DNA from: an uncultured delta proteobacterium
Lineage (GTDB): Bacteria; Desulfobacterota; Binatia; DP-6
Assembly: GCA_963815115.1 (NCBI GenBank)
Contig: CAWFFN010000005.1
Coordinates: 32,001 to 96,000 of the forward strand
DNA: 64,000 bases
Reading direction: 5' to 3'
This document shows, in pieces, positions 10,338-20,295 of the stretch; position 1 is the stretch's first letter, and each line of letters begins with the position of its first letter. The notes under the pieces are model-generated. The model searched no databases. It saw nothing but the letters and a program-made list of their open reading frames with translations, and had not been told where the DNA came from. Position numbers and translations under genes: made by a program.

Positions 10338-12194
10338 TCACTGGGACGGCAAGATGACGCTGAAGACCGTCCCGGTCTCGGGGCGGCTGCTCAGAGCGAT
10401 CTCCCCGCCCATGGACTCCGTCGCGAGCTTGCAGAACGGCAAGCCGAGCCCCGTGTCGCAGCTCGACTCGCTGTCGCCTGACCGTCGGATCGAAGCGAAC
10501 TTTTCGAAGACGCGCTGGTGGTCATCCTCGGCGATGCCCCGGCCGTGATCGATCACCCGCAACCTCACCCGGGCCGTGGCCGGGTCGAGCGTCGCTTCCA
10601 CTCGGACTTCATCGCTGCCGCTGTGCCGGAGCGCGTTCACCACCAGGTTGACCAGGACGCGCTTCAAGAGCGCGCGGTCGGCGACGATGCACGGCAGCTC
10701 GGGGCCGACCGCTGCCACGAGCCGGCGGCCCGCCTGCTCTGCAACGGGACCGTACTCCACCACGACCTCGTCGACGATCTCGGCGAGGGCGATCGGGCCC
10801 CGGCTGACCGGCATCTTCCCCTCCTCGACCTCTCTGATCTCGAGCAGGTTCTGGATGAGGCGCATCATCTCGCGGCACGTGCGCTCGATCTGGAGCAGCG
10901 AATTGCGCTGTGTTGTTGGAAGATCCTGGCCCTTGCGCAGCGCGAGCTGGACCAGCATGGTGATGCTGTTCACCGGGTCCTTGAGGTCGTGGACGATCAT
11001 ATTCGAGAGGTCGTCCTTCAGACGCTCGGCCGCCGCGCGGGCGCGCAGGCCCGTCTCGGTCGTCGCACGGGCCTCGCGCTCAACCGCGTAGAGACGGTCA
11101 CGTCTGATCGCCAGGGCGAGGCAATCCGCGACCAGCTGCAGCAGACGGGACTCGTCCTCCGTGAAGCGCCGCGGCTCACGGGTGCCGACATGGAGAACCC
11201 CGAGGGCACGTCCATCGTTCAGGATTGGGACACCGAAGAGTGAGCGAACCCCGGTCTCGAGCAGGACGGGATCGAGAACGTCGGCGGGGGCGACGGCTTC
11301 GAGCATGAGCGGCCGACACTCATCGGCGATTCGCCCGGCGAAGCCCTTCCCGACGGGAATGGCGACCTCGTGCGCCCGGGTTTCATCGAGCCCAACGGCG
11401 GCATGCGTGCGAAGGCTGCCGGCGCGCTCGTCGAGAAGAAGGATCACGGCCGTGTCCACGGCGAGCATCCTGTGAATCCGCCCGAGCAGCTCCGATAGCT
11501 CCTCGTCGAGGGAGAGGTGAGCGAGGCCCACGTCTAGGGCAGGGAGGGCCGCCCGTACGGTTCTCGCCTCACGATTGCGAATTTGGATGACGGCGGCCAG
11601 GCGCTGGGCCGGTGAGATGCCGATCAGCCGTTTCGCATCCGGCAGGCTGACTCTCCCTTCACGGACGAGATCGGCGGCCTCCGGGGCCTCCGCCACGAGT
11701 TTCTTCGCTGTGCTGACATAGCGGCCGTTGACGCGGAGTAAGGATCCAGCCTGGTCTGCTGCTTTGCCGACAGGGTAGGGAATTCTTTCCCTACCCTGTC
11801 GGCCTCGACCCGCAATCTCGCCTCCCCGGCGCATTCGCATCTTGGCCTCTTCGGCAAGCACCTTCTCGAGCTCGACCGCGAGGACCGCGCGCTGGCCCTT
11901 CGTCAGATCGCGGCGCTTGAGGTTCATCGACACCACATAGGCCGTCGGCGAGCCGCTGTTCGCATACTCCGTGTAGGTGGGCTTCACCTTCGCGAGCTTG
12001 CAGGCGATCCAGCGGTTGCGCCCATCGAGGATCGCGCCATCGTGGCGGACGATCGGTGACCGCAAGCCGTGCGCCGCGATGTCGGCAGCGAGGGCGCAGA
12101 GCTCGTCGGGTGCCAGGAGCGGGAAGAGCGCCGTGGCTGCATGGACCGCAGGCAGCTCGGCGGCGAAGCCGGCCGCTCGAGTCTTGTCGTTCAT
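10338..12194 (-). CDS. ParB-like N-terminal domain fused to GAF, HisKA and HATPase_c histidine kinase
   Basis: N-term LFPLL..LAADIAAHGLRSPI..ILDGRNR..AC..YVVSMNLKRRDL; GAF (GKGFAGRIA..LGVLHVG..RRFTEDE); H-box IVHDLKDP; N-box NLVVNALRH; G-boxes DHGRGI and GLGL. Confidence 0.85.
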   Translation of the reverse strand: MNDKTRAAGFAAELPAVHAATALFPLLAPDELCALAADIAAHGLRSPIVRHDGAILDGRNRWIACKLAKVKPTYTEYANSGSPTAYVVSMNLKRRDLTKGQRAVLAVELEKVLAEEAKMRMRRGGEIAGRGRQGRERIPYPVGKAADQAGSLLRVNGRYVSTAKKLVAEAPEAADLVREGRVSLPDAKRLIGISPAQRLAAVIQIRNREARTVRAALPALDVGLAHLSLDEELSELLGRIHRMLAVDTAVILLLDERAGSLRTHAAVGLDETRAHEVAIPVGKGFAGRIADECRPLMLEAVAPADVLDPVLLETGVRSLFGVPILNDGRALGVLHVGTREPRRFTEDESRLLQLVADCLALAIRRDRLYAVEREARATTETGLRARAAAERLKDDLSNMIVHDLKDPVNSITMLVQLALRKGQDLPTTQRNSLLQIERTCREMMRLIQNLLEIREVEEGKMPVSRGPIALAEIVDEVVVEYGPVAEQAGRRLVAAVGPELPCIVADRALLKRVLVNLVVNALRHSGSDEVRVEATLDPATARVRLRVIDHGRGIAEDDHQRVFEKFASIRRSGDSESSCDTGLGLPFCKLATESMGGEIALSSRPETGTVFSVILPSQ

Positions 12195-12388
12195 GGTCGG
12201 ACCCTCGCTTTCCGCCCTTGCCGCCGGGAGGTGCGGCGAGGCATGCGATTCGGGGCCTCGCAGGGATAGAACAACGCGTCGGCGCGCGTCTATTGCCCCA
12301 ATGGGTTATACGTGGGCGGCGTCCTGCGCTCGCCCCCGTGGACAAGTGCCAACCGGTGCTCTTGGCTCGAGCTCGCTCCTTTGCGTGT

Positions 12389-13006
12389 TCACCGGGACGG
12401 GCGCGTGGGACCCGTCAGCAAGATCCGCACGAGATCGGCCTGGCACTCCGCACCTAGCTTCGCGAGGACACGCTTCATATGCGCGCGCGCCGTGTGGCGA
12501 CTGGTTCGGCGCCGCTTCGCGATCTCATCGATCCGGCCGCCCTGGAGGCTGAGGAGTGCCACCTGCGTCTCTGCCTCGGTCAGGCCGTATGCGCGAAGCA
12601 CCTCCCGCCATGTCTGCATAGGGTGTCCGGGATCCGTGATGAGGAGAAGCGCTGTGGGCGATTCGCTCGCCCCGACGACATCCCAGGGGCGCAGCGGTGC
12701 CACGAACAGATGGAAGGCGGGGCAACCCGACGGGCGGGAGACACGCAAGGCACGGCCAGTGACCTCCGCGGCCCTCTCCGCGCGCCGGCAAACCTCGTGA
12801 ACGACGTCGTGCAACTTGGCTGATTCGGCCGGCTTGGCGGCGACGACGCGGCCCTGCTGGAGCGACAAGCCGTCTCGGGCATCAAGCGTGTCTCTCGCGA
12901 GCGTGTTCTGCGCGAGGACCTTGCCGCTGGCGTCGAGTATGAGCACGCCCATCGGCAGCCGGTGATCGAGCAGACCGAGTTGGATGTCGCGACTTCGGCC
13001 CGCCAT
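12389..13006 (-). CDS. LuxR/CsgD-type HTH regulator with PAS-like N-terminus
   Basis: YGLTEAETQVAL..GGRIDEIAKRR..SRHTARAHMKRVLAKLG..QADLV. Confidence 0.85.
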   Translation of the reverse strand: MAGRSRDIQLGLLDHRLPMGVLILDASGKVLAQNTLARDTLDARDGLSLQQGRVVAAKPAESAKLHDVVHEVCRRAERAAEVTGRALRVSRPSGCPAFHLFVAPLRPWDVVGASESPTALLLITDPGHPMQTWREVLRAYGLTEAETQVALLSLQGGRIDEIAKRRRTSRHTARAHMKRVLAKLGAECQADLVRILLTGPTRPSR

Positions 13007-13097
13007 CGTAGACCGCTCCAGACCAAGGAGCTTGATAGGACGACCCGATGTTTAGTCCGCTTTGATGGCATCGTCCAGCGAGGGACCGCGGCTATGT

Positions 13098-13804
13098 GGC
13101 GACTATCTCCGTGCGTTCGACGCCGCCATGCGGCACTACCACATCACCGTGCACGACCGTGAACTCGCGTGCGCGCCCTTCCGCTCGGCCGAGGGCCAGG
13201 CCTACTTCGCCGCGATGAACGCCCGCCGCGAACACGGCCTTCGCGAATCGCCAGGTCATCACGCACCGCGTGCGCGAGGCGATGGGCGCAGTGTTCGGGA
13301 AGGAGCCGCGAGCTGGGGCTCTCGGTGATCTACGATGTCTGCCACAATACGGCCAAGCTCGAGCAGCATCGGGTCGACGGCGAGGTGCTCGACCTGGTGG
13401 TGCACCGCAAGGGAGCGACGCGCGCCTTCGGTCCGGGCATGCCCGACGTGCCGACCATCTACCGCGAAGTCGGCCAGCCGGTGATCATCGGCGGCTCGAT
13501 GGAGACGGGGTCCGCCCTCCTGATCGGGACCGCGCACGCGATGGAGGAGACGTTCGGCTCGACGGCGCACGGCGCCGGGCGGACGATGTCGCGCCACCAG
13601 GCGAAGCGCCGGGTGTGGGGCGCGAAGCTCCTCGAGGACATGGAGGCACGTGGCATCGTGGTGCGCGCGGCATCGAAGTCCGGCGTCGCCGAGGAAGCGG
13701 GCTTTGCCTACAAGGACCTCGCGGCGGTAGTCGACATGCTGGACCGCATCGGCATCTCGCGCAAGGTGGTGTCCTTGACGCCGATCGGGAACATCAAGGG
13801 ATAG
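13098..13804 (+). pseudogene. rtcB: RtcB RNA ligase, 3' half only, with two frameshifts
   Basis: DRELACAPF, AANTAFANRQ, YDVCHNTAK, HRKGATRAF, GGSMETGS, STAHGAGR, AEEAGFAYKD and PIGNIKG are spread over three frames; the N-terminal half is absent. Confidence 0.9.
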
Positions 13805-13805
13805 G

Positions 13806-13940
13806 ATGAAGAACTTCGAGGTCGCGCGGCTCTTCGACCTCATGGCCGACGTGCTCGAACTGCGCGGCGCGAACGTGTTTCGGATCCGCGCCTACCGTCG
13901 GGCAGCGCAGAACGTCGAGTCGCTCACGGAGGACGTGGAG
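13806..13940 (+). pseudogene. polX: DNA polymerase X (PolX) N-terminal fragment
   Basis: MKNFEVARLFDLMADVLELRGANVFRIRAYRRAAQNVESL, ending after about 45 codons. Confidence 0.85.
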
Positions 13941-13963
13941 GGGCGCGCCGGACCACGGCGCGG

Positions 13964-14497
13964 CTCTCCGGACAGACGTTCGTCCTGACCGGTACGCTCA
14001 GCGGGCTGACGCGCGCTGGGCTCTGGCCGATCCTGATCGGTTGGTTCCTCCAGACGGCGGCCTCGGCGAGCCTCGCGCAGTCACATCTTGGCGGCCTGTT
14101 GCGGGGCGTGACGGTGGAGCAAGTGATGGCGCGTGACTGTGCTCGCGTGCCGCGCGCGCTGCCGCTGGATCGCCTCGTCGAGGAGGAAGTGCTCGCGCGA
14201 GGGCACCGTTGCTTCTTCGTGGCGAGCGACGGGCATCTGGAGGGGCTTCTGACCCTGCATGAGGTGAGGGCGGTGCCGCGGGTATGCTGGGCCAAAGTCA
14301 CTGCGGGAGAGGTGATGCGAGCGAGTGCGGACGTGATCGCGGTGCGACCGGAGGACGACCTGCTCGCGGCAATGCAGCGCATGGATGATGCGGGCGTGGG
14401 ACAGCTCCCCGTCGTGTCGCGGGGCACGCTCGTCGGAATGGTGAGCCGCGAGCAGCTTCTCCGCTACCTGCGCGCCCGAACGGAGCTCGGAACGTGA
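13964..14497 (+). pseudogene. Chimera: NAD-dependent DNA ligase BRCT start fused in frame to an M50 protease C-terminus and CBS pair
   Basis: LSGQTFVLTGTLSGLTR (LigA BRCT signature) is followed directly by GLWPILIGWFLQTAASAS and two CBS domains. Confidence 0.75.
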
Positions 14498-14565
14498 TCG
14501 ACGCGTGCCAGGCTCATCGTCCCCTTGGCCGGGGAAGAGGCGTGATGAGGTGGCTCGGTACTCGT

Positions 14566-14979
14566 TCAGATGCCGAGGGCCGTGGCCGCTCGCTCGTAGT
14601 CGTCCGGCCTGACGTAGATGACGTAACCGAAGCTTCCTCGCCCATCGGCCACGCCGCTGGACGCGAAGATGTTGACGTTGGCCTCGTAGACCTTCGCGTG
14701 GATCCGAGCCAGGGCGCCCAGCTCGTCGTCACCCTGTACCAGGAGCGCGGGGTGCGGCCCGTCCAGGACGAGCCCCGCCTTGCGTGCGGCATTCGCCATG
14801 CTGAGCGGATCCTCAGGAAAGATCGTCAGCTGGGCGTGCCGGGGACCCACAGGGACCGCGGTGAAGGCGACCAGGTTGAGCCCTAGGTTCTCCAGCTGGG
14901 AGAGCAGCTTGTATGCCTCCCCCGGCCGATCGTGCACGGTGGTGGTGAAGTACTCGACTCTCCGGATCCTGAACGCCAT
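14566..14979 (-). CDS. ACT-domain-like protein
   Basis: DRPGEAYKLLSQL...DELGALARIHAKVYEANVNI, a tandem ACT-like pattern; AAGGAGG RBS. Confidence 0.7.
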   Translation of the reverse strand: MAFRIRRVEYFTTTVHDRPGEAYKLLSQLENLGLNLVAFTAVPVGPRHAQLTIFPEDPLSMANAARKAGLVLDGPHPALLVQGDDELGALARIHAKVYEANVNIFASSGVADGRGSFGYVIYVRPDDYERAATALGI

Positions 14980-14995
14980 GACCCCTCCTTGAGCG

Positions 14996-15544
14996 TCATA
15001 TCCATGCCTCCTTCAGGCCGAGTGCCCATCCGGTTGCCGTCACCGCGATGCTGCCGGCGAGCACGATGGGGAGGCACGCGAGCGTCGGGAGGACGGGCAG
15101 CACATGCACTGCCGATACGAACAGGTACGCGCCAGCGAAGAAGTCGAGCTGATCGAAGAACGGCCAGCTCGCGCCCGGCACGATGCCGACGCGGCGCTTG
15201 AAGAACGACTTGACCGCATCGCCGACACCGGTCCCGAGGCCCATGAGGAATCCCGGGAGCACCGGATCGTCGGCATAATCGAGGAGCGCAAGACCGGTAG
15301 CGAATCCCGCCGCATGGAGGAGTCGTTGCAGCTCGTAGGTTGCGGTCCCGACGACGATCCCCACGAAGAGCCCACGCCAGGTCTTGTGGTCACCGAGGAT
15401 CCGCTTGCCGCGGAACGAACGCCCGCCGTCGATCGGTGCGGCGAGGCGCTGGAACCAGCCCTGCACGAGCACCGGGCTCATGTTGGCGAGGTAGGCCGGG
15501 ACGAAGAACCACAGCATTTGCAGCACCTCGTGCGCACGGATCAT
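14996..15544 (-). CDS. CDP-archaeol synthase-like (CarS/DUF46) membrane cytidylyltransferase
   Basis: PAYLANMSPV, PIDGGRSF..RILGDHKTWRG, GDAVKSFFKRR.G..PG, DQLDF. Confidence 0.85.
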   Translation of the reverse strand: MIRAHEVLQMLWFFVPAYLANMSPVLVQGWFQRLAAPIDGGRSFRGKRILGDHKTWRGLFVGIVVGTATYELQRLLHAAGFATGLALLDYADDPVLPGFLMGLGTGVGDAVKSFFKRRVGIVPGASWPFFDQLDFFAGAYLFVSAVHVLPVLPTLACLPIVLAGSIAVTATGWALGLKEAWI

Positions 15545-15810
15545 TGGCGCGGCTCCCCGGTCGCCGGGTCGCAGACGGCGCGCAGCTCGGAAGGTTGCAC
15601 CGACCGCGCCACTACCCCAGCGGCTCGGGGACCGCCCGCGTCCACGAGGTCGACCCACGCATTCCATGCGCTCCGGCTCGGTGGCGAAGTACGGCAGAAG
15701 AGCTGCTTGTAGGACATGCTCGACTCGAACGGTTGCGCGGGACTGGCGGCCGCGGCAGTGCCCGGGAGGTGGCGGGGCGGGCGGCTTTCTGTTCCCGCCT
15801 CCCTGAGCAA

Positions 15811-16293
15811 TCAGGCGGCGACGGAGAGCTCGCGGTGCTCGCGCGGCATGCAGATCGCCCCGAGTGTCTCGGCGACCTCGTCGCTGCCGACCTCGGGCTT
15901 CCCCGACGCCCCCCGCTCCCGAGCGACCTCCCGCGCGATGTCGTTGAGCGACAGGAGACCGATGACGTGGTTCGCCGGGTCGACCACCGGCAGCCGCCGC
16001 ACTTGCGCGGCGCGCATGATGCTCTCCGCCTCCGCGACCGTGTCCGTCGGGCGGCACGAGCGCACCTCGCGCGCCATGGCGCTCCCCACGCACAGGTGAC
16101 TCAGTAGCCCGCCCTGGGTGTAGGTCGCCATGCAGACATCGCGATCGGTGATCATCCCCACGGCTCGTCCGTCGTCGTCTACGACGGGGACGCAGCCGCA
16201 GTCGTTCTCCCACATCAGCTGCGCGGCGTGGTTGAGGGTGTCGCTCGACAGGCAGGTCTTGACGGTCCGACTCATCACTTGCTCGACTTTCAT
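15811..16293 (-). CDS. CBS domain protein
   Basis: AAQLMWENDCGCVPVVD..GMITDRD..QVRRLPVVD..GLLSLND. Confidence 0.9.
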   Translation of the reverse strand: MKVEQVMSRTVKTCLSSDTLNHAAQLMWENDCGCVPVVDDDGRAVGMITDRDVCMATYTQGGLLSHLCVGSAMAREVRSCRPTDTVAEAESIMRAAQVRRLPVVDPANHVIGLLSLNDIAREVARERGASGKPEVGSDEVAETLGAICMPREHRELSVAA

Positions 16294-16321
16294 GACTCCC
16301 TCCTCGAAACGAGATGCACCC

Positions 16322-16759
16322 TCAACGCACGGAGACGTCGACGCGGCGCGCCTTCGCCTGCGCGGCCTTGGGCAGCGTGATCTTGAGGATTCCCTCCTTG
16401 AGCTCCGCGCTCGCCTTGGCCGGGTCCACGTCGGCGGGCAGCGGCATGGTGCGCTGGAAGGCGCCGTAGCGGATCTCCTGGCGGTAGTAGCTCTTCTTCT
16501 TCTCCTCGGTCTCCTTGCGCGTCTCGCCCCGCACGGGGACCTCGTCCTCGCTGACCGAGACGTGGAGCTGTTCTTTCTCCACGCCCGGCACCTCCAGCTT
16601 CACGATCACGTCACCGTCCGACTCCACGACCTCTGCGGCGGGCTCGAGCGGGCCGACGCTGGTCTCTGGCGTGGCGAAGAACTCGCGGAAGAGATCCTCG
16701 AACAGGTCATCGCGGCGAGCGAGCGAGCGCATCGGTCGCCACCTGGTAAGAGCTCTCAT
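16322..16759 (-). CDS. Hsp20/alpha-crystallin small heat shock protein
   Basis: EVPGVEKE..EIRYGAFQRTMPLP..A.LKEGILKITLPK. Confidence 0.92.
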   Translation of the reverse strand: MRALTRWRPMRSLARRDDLFEDLFREFFATPETSVGPLEPAAEVVESDGDVIVKLEVPGVEKEQLHVSVSEDEVPVRGETRKETEEKKKSYYRQEIRYGAFQRTMPLPADVDPAKASAELKEGILKITLPKAAQAKARRVDVSVR

Positions 16760-16801
16760 GATGCCTCCCTCCTTGGGGCTGACTTCTCGAGTGTCAGTGC
16801 T

Positions 16802-16817
16802 CGCAAACTTCAGGCCA
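16802..16817 (-). promoter_or_regulatory. Sigma-54 promoter upstream of hsp20
   Basis: TGGCCT-GAAGT-TTGCG. Confidence 0.65.
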
Positions 16818-16907
16818 GGTCCTTAGGGCGATACCTGCGTGGACTATTCTCGGATACGCCAACACCAACGTGCTTGAGATTCTCAGCCTCGGGCACCCAG
16901 GTGCCCC

Positions 16908-17657
16908 TCAGGTTCTGACCTCAGCGAAGTGACGCAGCACCACCCTCAAGCCGTCATGTGCGAGCGTCGCTTCCACTCCGCGCTCGTGACCCATCGCACG
17001 GATCCTGCTCGCTACCGTCTCATCGTCGTCCCCGACGATCTGCGTACCGCAATGGGTGAAAATCGCGCGCGGGACGCCTGCGGTGCGGCACCAATCGAGC
17101 TGTGTGCGGATGGAGGCATGCCCGAAGGGCTCGCCGCCGGCCCAGCGGACGATCGGACGGACGAGGCTCGCGCCATCGCCAACATAGAGGCGGAGTCCGG
17201 TGAGCGCCGCGGTGCGCGCCGGAATCGAAACGAGGTCGGGGACGTAGAAGATGGCAACACCATCCACCCCGATCCGGTAGCCTACCGAAGGGGCACGGAG
17301 CGAGTGCTTCACCGGAAACGCCTCGAACGTGATGCCGGCGATGACCACCGGCGAACGGCGAGGAATCACCCGTCGGCGCCGCAATGGGATAGCGAATCGC
17401 TGCATGCCATCCCACCCCTCCGCGGTGGCATGAACCGGGCAGGGAGCGCCCTGCTTGAGACCCGAGGCATGGTCCGGGTGGGCGTGCGTGATAACGACCG
17501 CGCTCGGGCGCAGGTCTTCGAGCCGCCCGAGCCAGTCTTCGCCGCAGTCGACTATCACGCGCCGTCCGCCGTGCAGCACGAGCAGAGCCGAATGCATGGC
17601 ATGCCGTGACGAGTGGGCGACGATGCACCCGCGCGTTCCGAGGAAGACGAGCGTCAC
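16908..17657 (-). CDS. MBL-fold metallo-hydrolase
   Basis: FLGTRG, VDCG, THAHPDHASG, HS and HCG motifs; GTG start overlaps the upstream stop. Confidence 0.85.
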   Translation of the reverse strand: MTLVFLGTRGCIVAHSSRHAMHSALLVLHGGRRVIVDCGEDWLGRLEDLRPSAVVITHAHPDHASGLKQGAPCPVHATAEGWDGMQRFAIPLRRRRVIPRRSPVVIAGITFEAFPVKHSLRAPSVGYRIGVDGVAIFYVPDLVSIPARTAALTGLRLYVGDGASLVRPIVRWAGGEPFGHASIRTQLDWCRTAGVPRAIFTHCGTQIVGDDDETVASRIRAMGHERGVEATLAHDGLRVVLRHFAEVRT

Positions 17658-17947
17658 TCGGGAATGAGGGCCTTGAACCGCTCCCAGGGCAGAGCTGTCC
17701 ACGTCTCCGTCGAAGCGTGGCCGAACGAGCGCAGGATCATGACGACCCGTGCAGCCACCGTCTCGTCGGGCGCCTCGAAGATGTCGAGGTAGTCATACGG
17801 GCCGAGGATGGCGTAGTTTCCGGACCACTTCACCCCGGGACACTCGTGGCGGATGCGCTCGCTGACGGCCTTCTCGAGCTTCTTCAGCTCACGCGGAGAC
17901 TTCACGCTCTCGGGGCTGAGCCGAGTGAGGGTGACATATGTCGGCAT
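17654..17947 (-). CDS. GYD domain protein
   Basis: MPTYVTL...YAILGPYDYLDIFEAPDE..G..STET. Confidence 0.85.
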   Translation of the reverse strand: MPTYVTLTRLSPESVKSPRELKKLEKAVSERIRHECPGVKWSGNYAILGPYDYLDIFEAPDETVAARVVMILRSFGHASTETWTALPWERFKALIPE

Positions 17948-18045
17948 GCGACACCTCCCGGACGTTTATATGAACGCTGCCCTTGATGCGCCTCTCCAAA
18001 AAGCCGGCCTGCAAGGGATGGATATGGAACCTGGAGGCGCGTTCG

Positions 18046-18513
18046 CTAGCCTCCCGCTCGCACCAGAGCATAGTCGTCGACCGTGGGCCGCACCAATCGA
18101 GCGAAGTCAGCGTACTTCATCCGGACCGTCTGCGTGTGCGTGCCCGCCTGAAACACGATCTCCTCGCGGCGCCCGAGGGTGTGGTCGACATAGACCGGAA
18201 GGCCGAAAAGGTTGCCGCAGGGTGGCATCGCGCCCGGTTCGCAGTGCGGGAAGATCCGGGCGAAGTCGGCCTCGGTGGCGAGCCGAGCTCTGCGCTCCGG
18301 CAGCTTCTGGAGGTCGACTCTGTCGGGTGCAGGGAGCACCACCATCAGAAAACGGCCAGGGGCCTTCACCATCACGACCTTGGTGAGTTCCTGCGCCGCT
18401 ACATGCTGGACTGCCGCAACCCCCTCAGCCGTGAAGGCGAGCGAATGGCTGAGAACAGTATAGGCGACACCGTTGTCGTCGAGGAATTCCTTGAGCTTGG
18501 CGAGGATCGGCAT
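18046..18513 (-). CDS. YbaK/EbsC family aminoacyl-tRNA deacylase
   Basis: H..AFTA..VA, LATEADF..IFPHCEPGAMPP, FQAGTH. Confidence 0.88.
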   Translation of the reverse strand: MPILAKLKEFLDDNGVAYTVLSHSLAFTAEGVAAVQHVAAQELTKVVMVKAPGRFLMVVLPAPDRVDLQKLPERRARLATEADFARIFPHCEPGAMPPCGNLFGLPVYVDHTLGRREEIVFQAGTHTQTVRMKYADFARLVRPTVDDYALVRAGG

Positions 18514-18522
18514 GCCGACCTC

Positions 18523-18538
18523 AGCGAAGCCCGTGCCA
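18523..18538 (-). promoter_or_regulatory. Sigma-54-like promoter upstream of the ybaK-like gene
   Basis: TGGCAC-GGGCT-TCGCT. Confidence 0.45.
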
Positions 18539-18558
18539 GGCATGCGCCGTGCGGGGCA

Positions 18559-19090
18559 TCAGGTCGCATGCGCTCGCCCACGGGGAAGACGCGGCTCGCC
18601 TGCGGGCCACGCTTGCCGCGCTCGATCTCGAGTTCCACGGGCAGGCCCGCTTGCAGAGAGGTGAAGTCGAGCTCGTGGAGGGCGTTGCGGTGGAATAGAC
18701 TTCCTCTCCCCCATCGGTGACGATGAAGCCGTAGCCCCGGTCCCTGAAGATGCGCGCGATCGTGCCCGACGGGCGCGGCCCGGGGGGCTTGCCGAAGTGG
18801 TGGCGCTCCTCGTGGTGTGCGACCAGCTCGCGCTCGAGCACGTCGAGCGCAGCATGCAGCGCGTCGCGCATCTCCTCCTCCTGCTTCGCGGCGCGCAACG
18901 TGGCGCCTGGGCACGTCGCGACGATATCGACCTGCTCCGCGCCGTGTAGGTGGTGAGGCCCGTGCTTCAGCGTCACGTGGACCCGGATCAGCTTGGGATA
19001 GCGCTCCAGGAGCCGCGACAGCCGTTCGTCAATGAGGGCGCGCCATTCGGGCTGCAGGTCCACATGCTGGGTTTGGATCTCGATGTCCAT
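18559..19090 (-). pseudogene. Ribosome hibernation factor (HPF/RaiA) fused to a cold-shock domain, frameshifted
   Basis: HPF-like N-term, then RGYGFI..EEVY|FHRNAL...GPQASRV. One T is missing at ~18695 and one base near 18568, judged against the second copy at 23355-23597. Confidence 0.85.
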
Positions 19091-19103
19091 GTTCCCTCTT
19101 CGC

Positions 19104-19119
19104 TGCAACCCCCGTACCG
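19104..19119 (-). promoter_or_regulatory. Sigma-54-like promoter upstream of HPF-CSD
   Basis: CGGTAC-GGGGG-TTGCA. Confidence 0.55.
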
Positions 19120-19182
19120 CCGCGCAGCGGGACGTGGCGCCCTCCCGTGGGAGCCGTCGAGCGACAGCACGGCAGCCGGCGG

Positions 19183-19433
19183 TTACGCCGGGACGAGGCC
19201 ACCTTCCACGACGAAAGCCACCTTCTCGTTGACGTGGTACTGCGCGATCTTGCCATCACGGACGACCGCCGTGCTGTGAAGGACGTCGAGCCCTGTGATG
19301 TGGCGAGGCGTCTCCGACGCGCGGGCGACGGCCAGCTGGGCCGCGTCGCTCCAGCTCTTGTCGGACACGCCGACGAGCTCGATCACCCGCACCACCGCGG
19401 GGCCTTCGCGTGCTCCGTTGCCTTCTGTGCCAT
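19183..19433 (-). CDS. Dodecin-family flavin-binding protein (upstream ATG is out of frame; possibly frameshifted)
   Basis: VRVIELVGVSDKSWSDAAQLAV.RAS...VRDGKIAQYHV..KVAF.VE. Confidence 0.8.
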
Positions 19434-19476
19434 GCTCGATTCTCTTCTCTGTGCTCCCAGAGTTGGGACGCCACCT

Positions 19477-20290
19477 TCAGGACACTGGCGAGCACTCGGC
19501 TAGGAGGCTCTCCAGGGCGTCGTCGAACGCCTCTGGCGCCTCCAGGCTTGTGAGATGGCCCGCGCCTGGAATGATCTCGATCCGCCCCCCGGAAGATGCG
19601 CTCGGCAGTCGCCCGGGCGAGCTCGGGCGGCGTGAAGACGTCCTCCTCTCCGGCGAGGCAGAGAACCGGACAGCGGATGCGCGGCAGACGGCTGGTCGAG
19701 TCGGGCCGAGCTGCCATCGCACGCAACGCCGCCGCGATACCCGCGGGCGTGTTCTGGCGGATCATCGCACGAACCTCGTCAAACAACGCCGGCCGCACTC
19801 GCTGGGTGGCCATCCCGACGAGCTTCGGCAGGAAGACATCGGCCGCGGCCTCGACATCGCTTGCCTCGACCTCGGTGGCGAGCTCGTGGCAAAGTGCCAC
19901 GATCTCCTCGGTCTCCGCGCCCGCGTCCGTCCCGGAGAGCAGCATGCCGACGAGGCGTGCCCCGAGCTCGTCGACCAGCCTGAGCGCGAGCTGGCCACCC
20001 ATGCCGAGCCCCACGACGACCACGCGGTCGACACGGCGCGTGTCGAGCGCCGTGAGCACCTCGCGGACGTAGTCGTCGAGCGAGAGCGGCAGTCCTCCCG
20101 CGGGAGGCGGGGGGCTCAGGCCGGACCCGGGCAGATCGGGCGCGAGGAGAGACGCGCGGCCGCGGAGCGCCTGCATCTGAGGCCCCCACATCCCTCCGTG
20201 CAGCGGAAAAGCGTGCAGCAGGAGGACGGCGGTCCCTCGCCCGACCTGGCGGACATGGAGCAGGCTAGGCCGGGCCTCTGTGCGCGGCAT
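19477..20290 (-). pseudogene. Alpha/beta hydrolase with a C-terminal frameshift
   Basis: LLLHAFPLHGGMW, APDLPG.G, GLGMGG (nucleophile Ser replaced by Gly) and GEED; IIPGAGHL lies in another frame. Confidence 0.8.
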
Positions 20291-20295
20291 GGGGC

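Noticed and set aside
15541-15717. 58-aa ORF between the CBS and CarS-like genes
   Set aside because: No family motif; possibly debris, and insufficient support to call.
18690-18700. Programmed frameshift in HPF-CSD
   Set aside because: No slippery heptamer or stimulatory structure; the second copy is in frame at this site, so a simple indel or read error is more likely.
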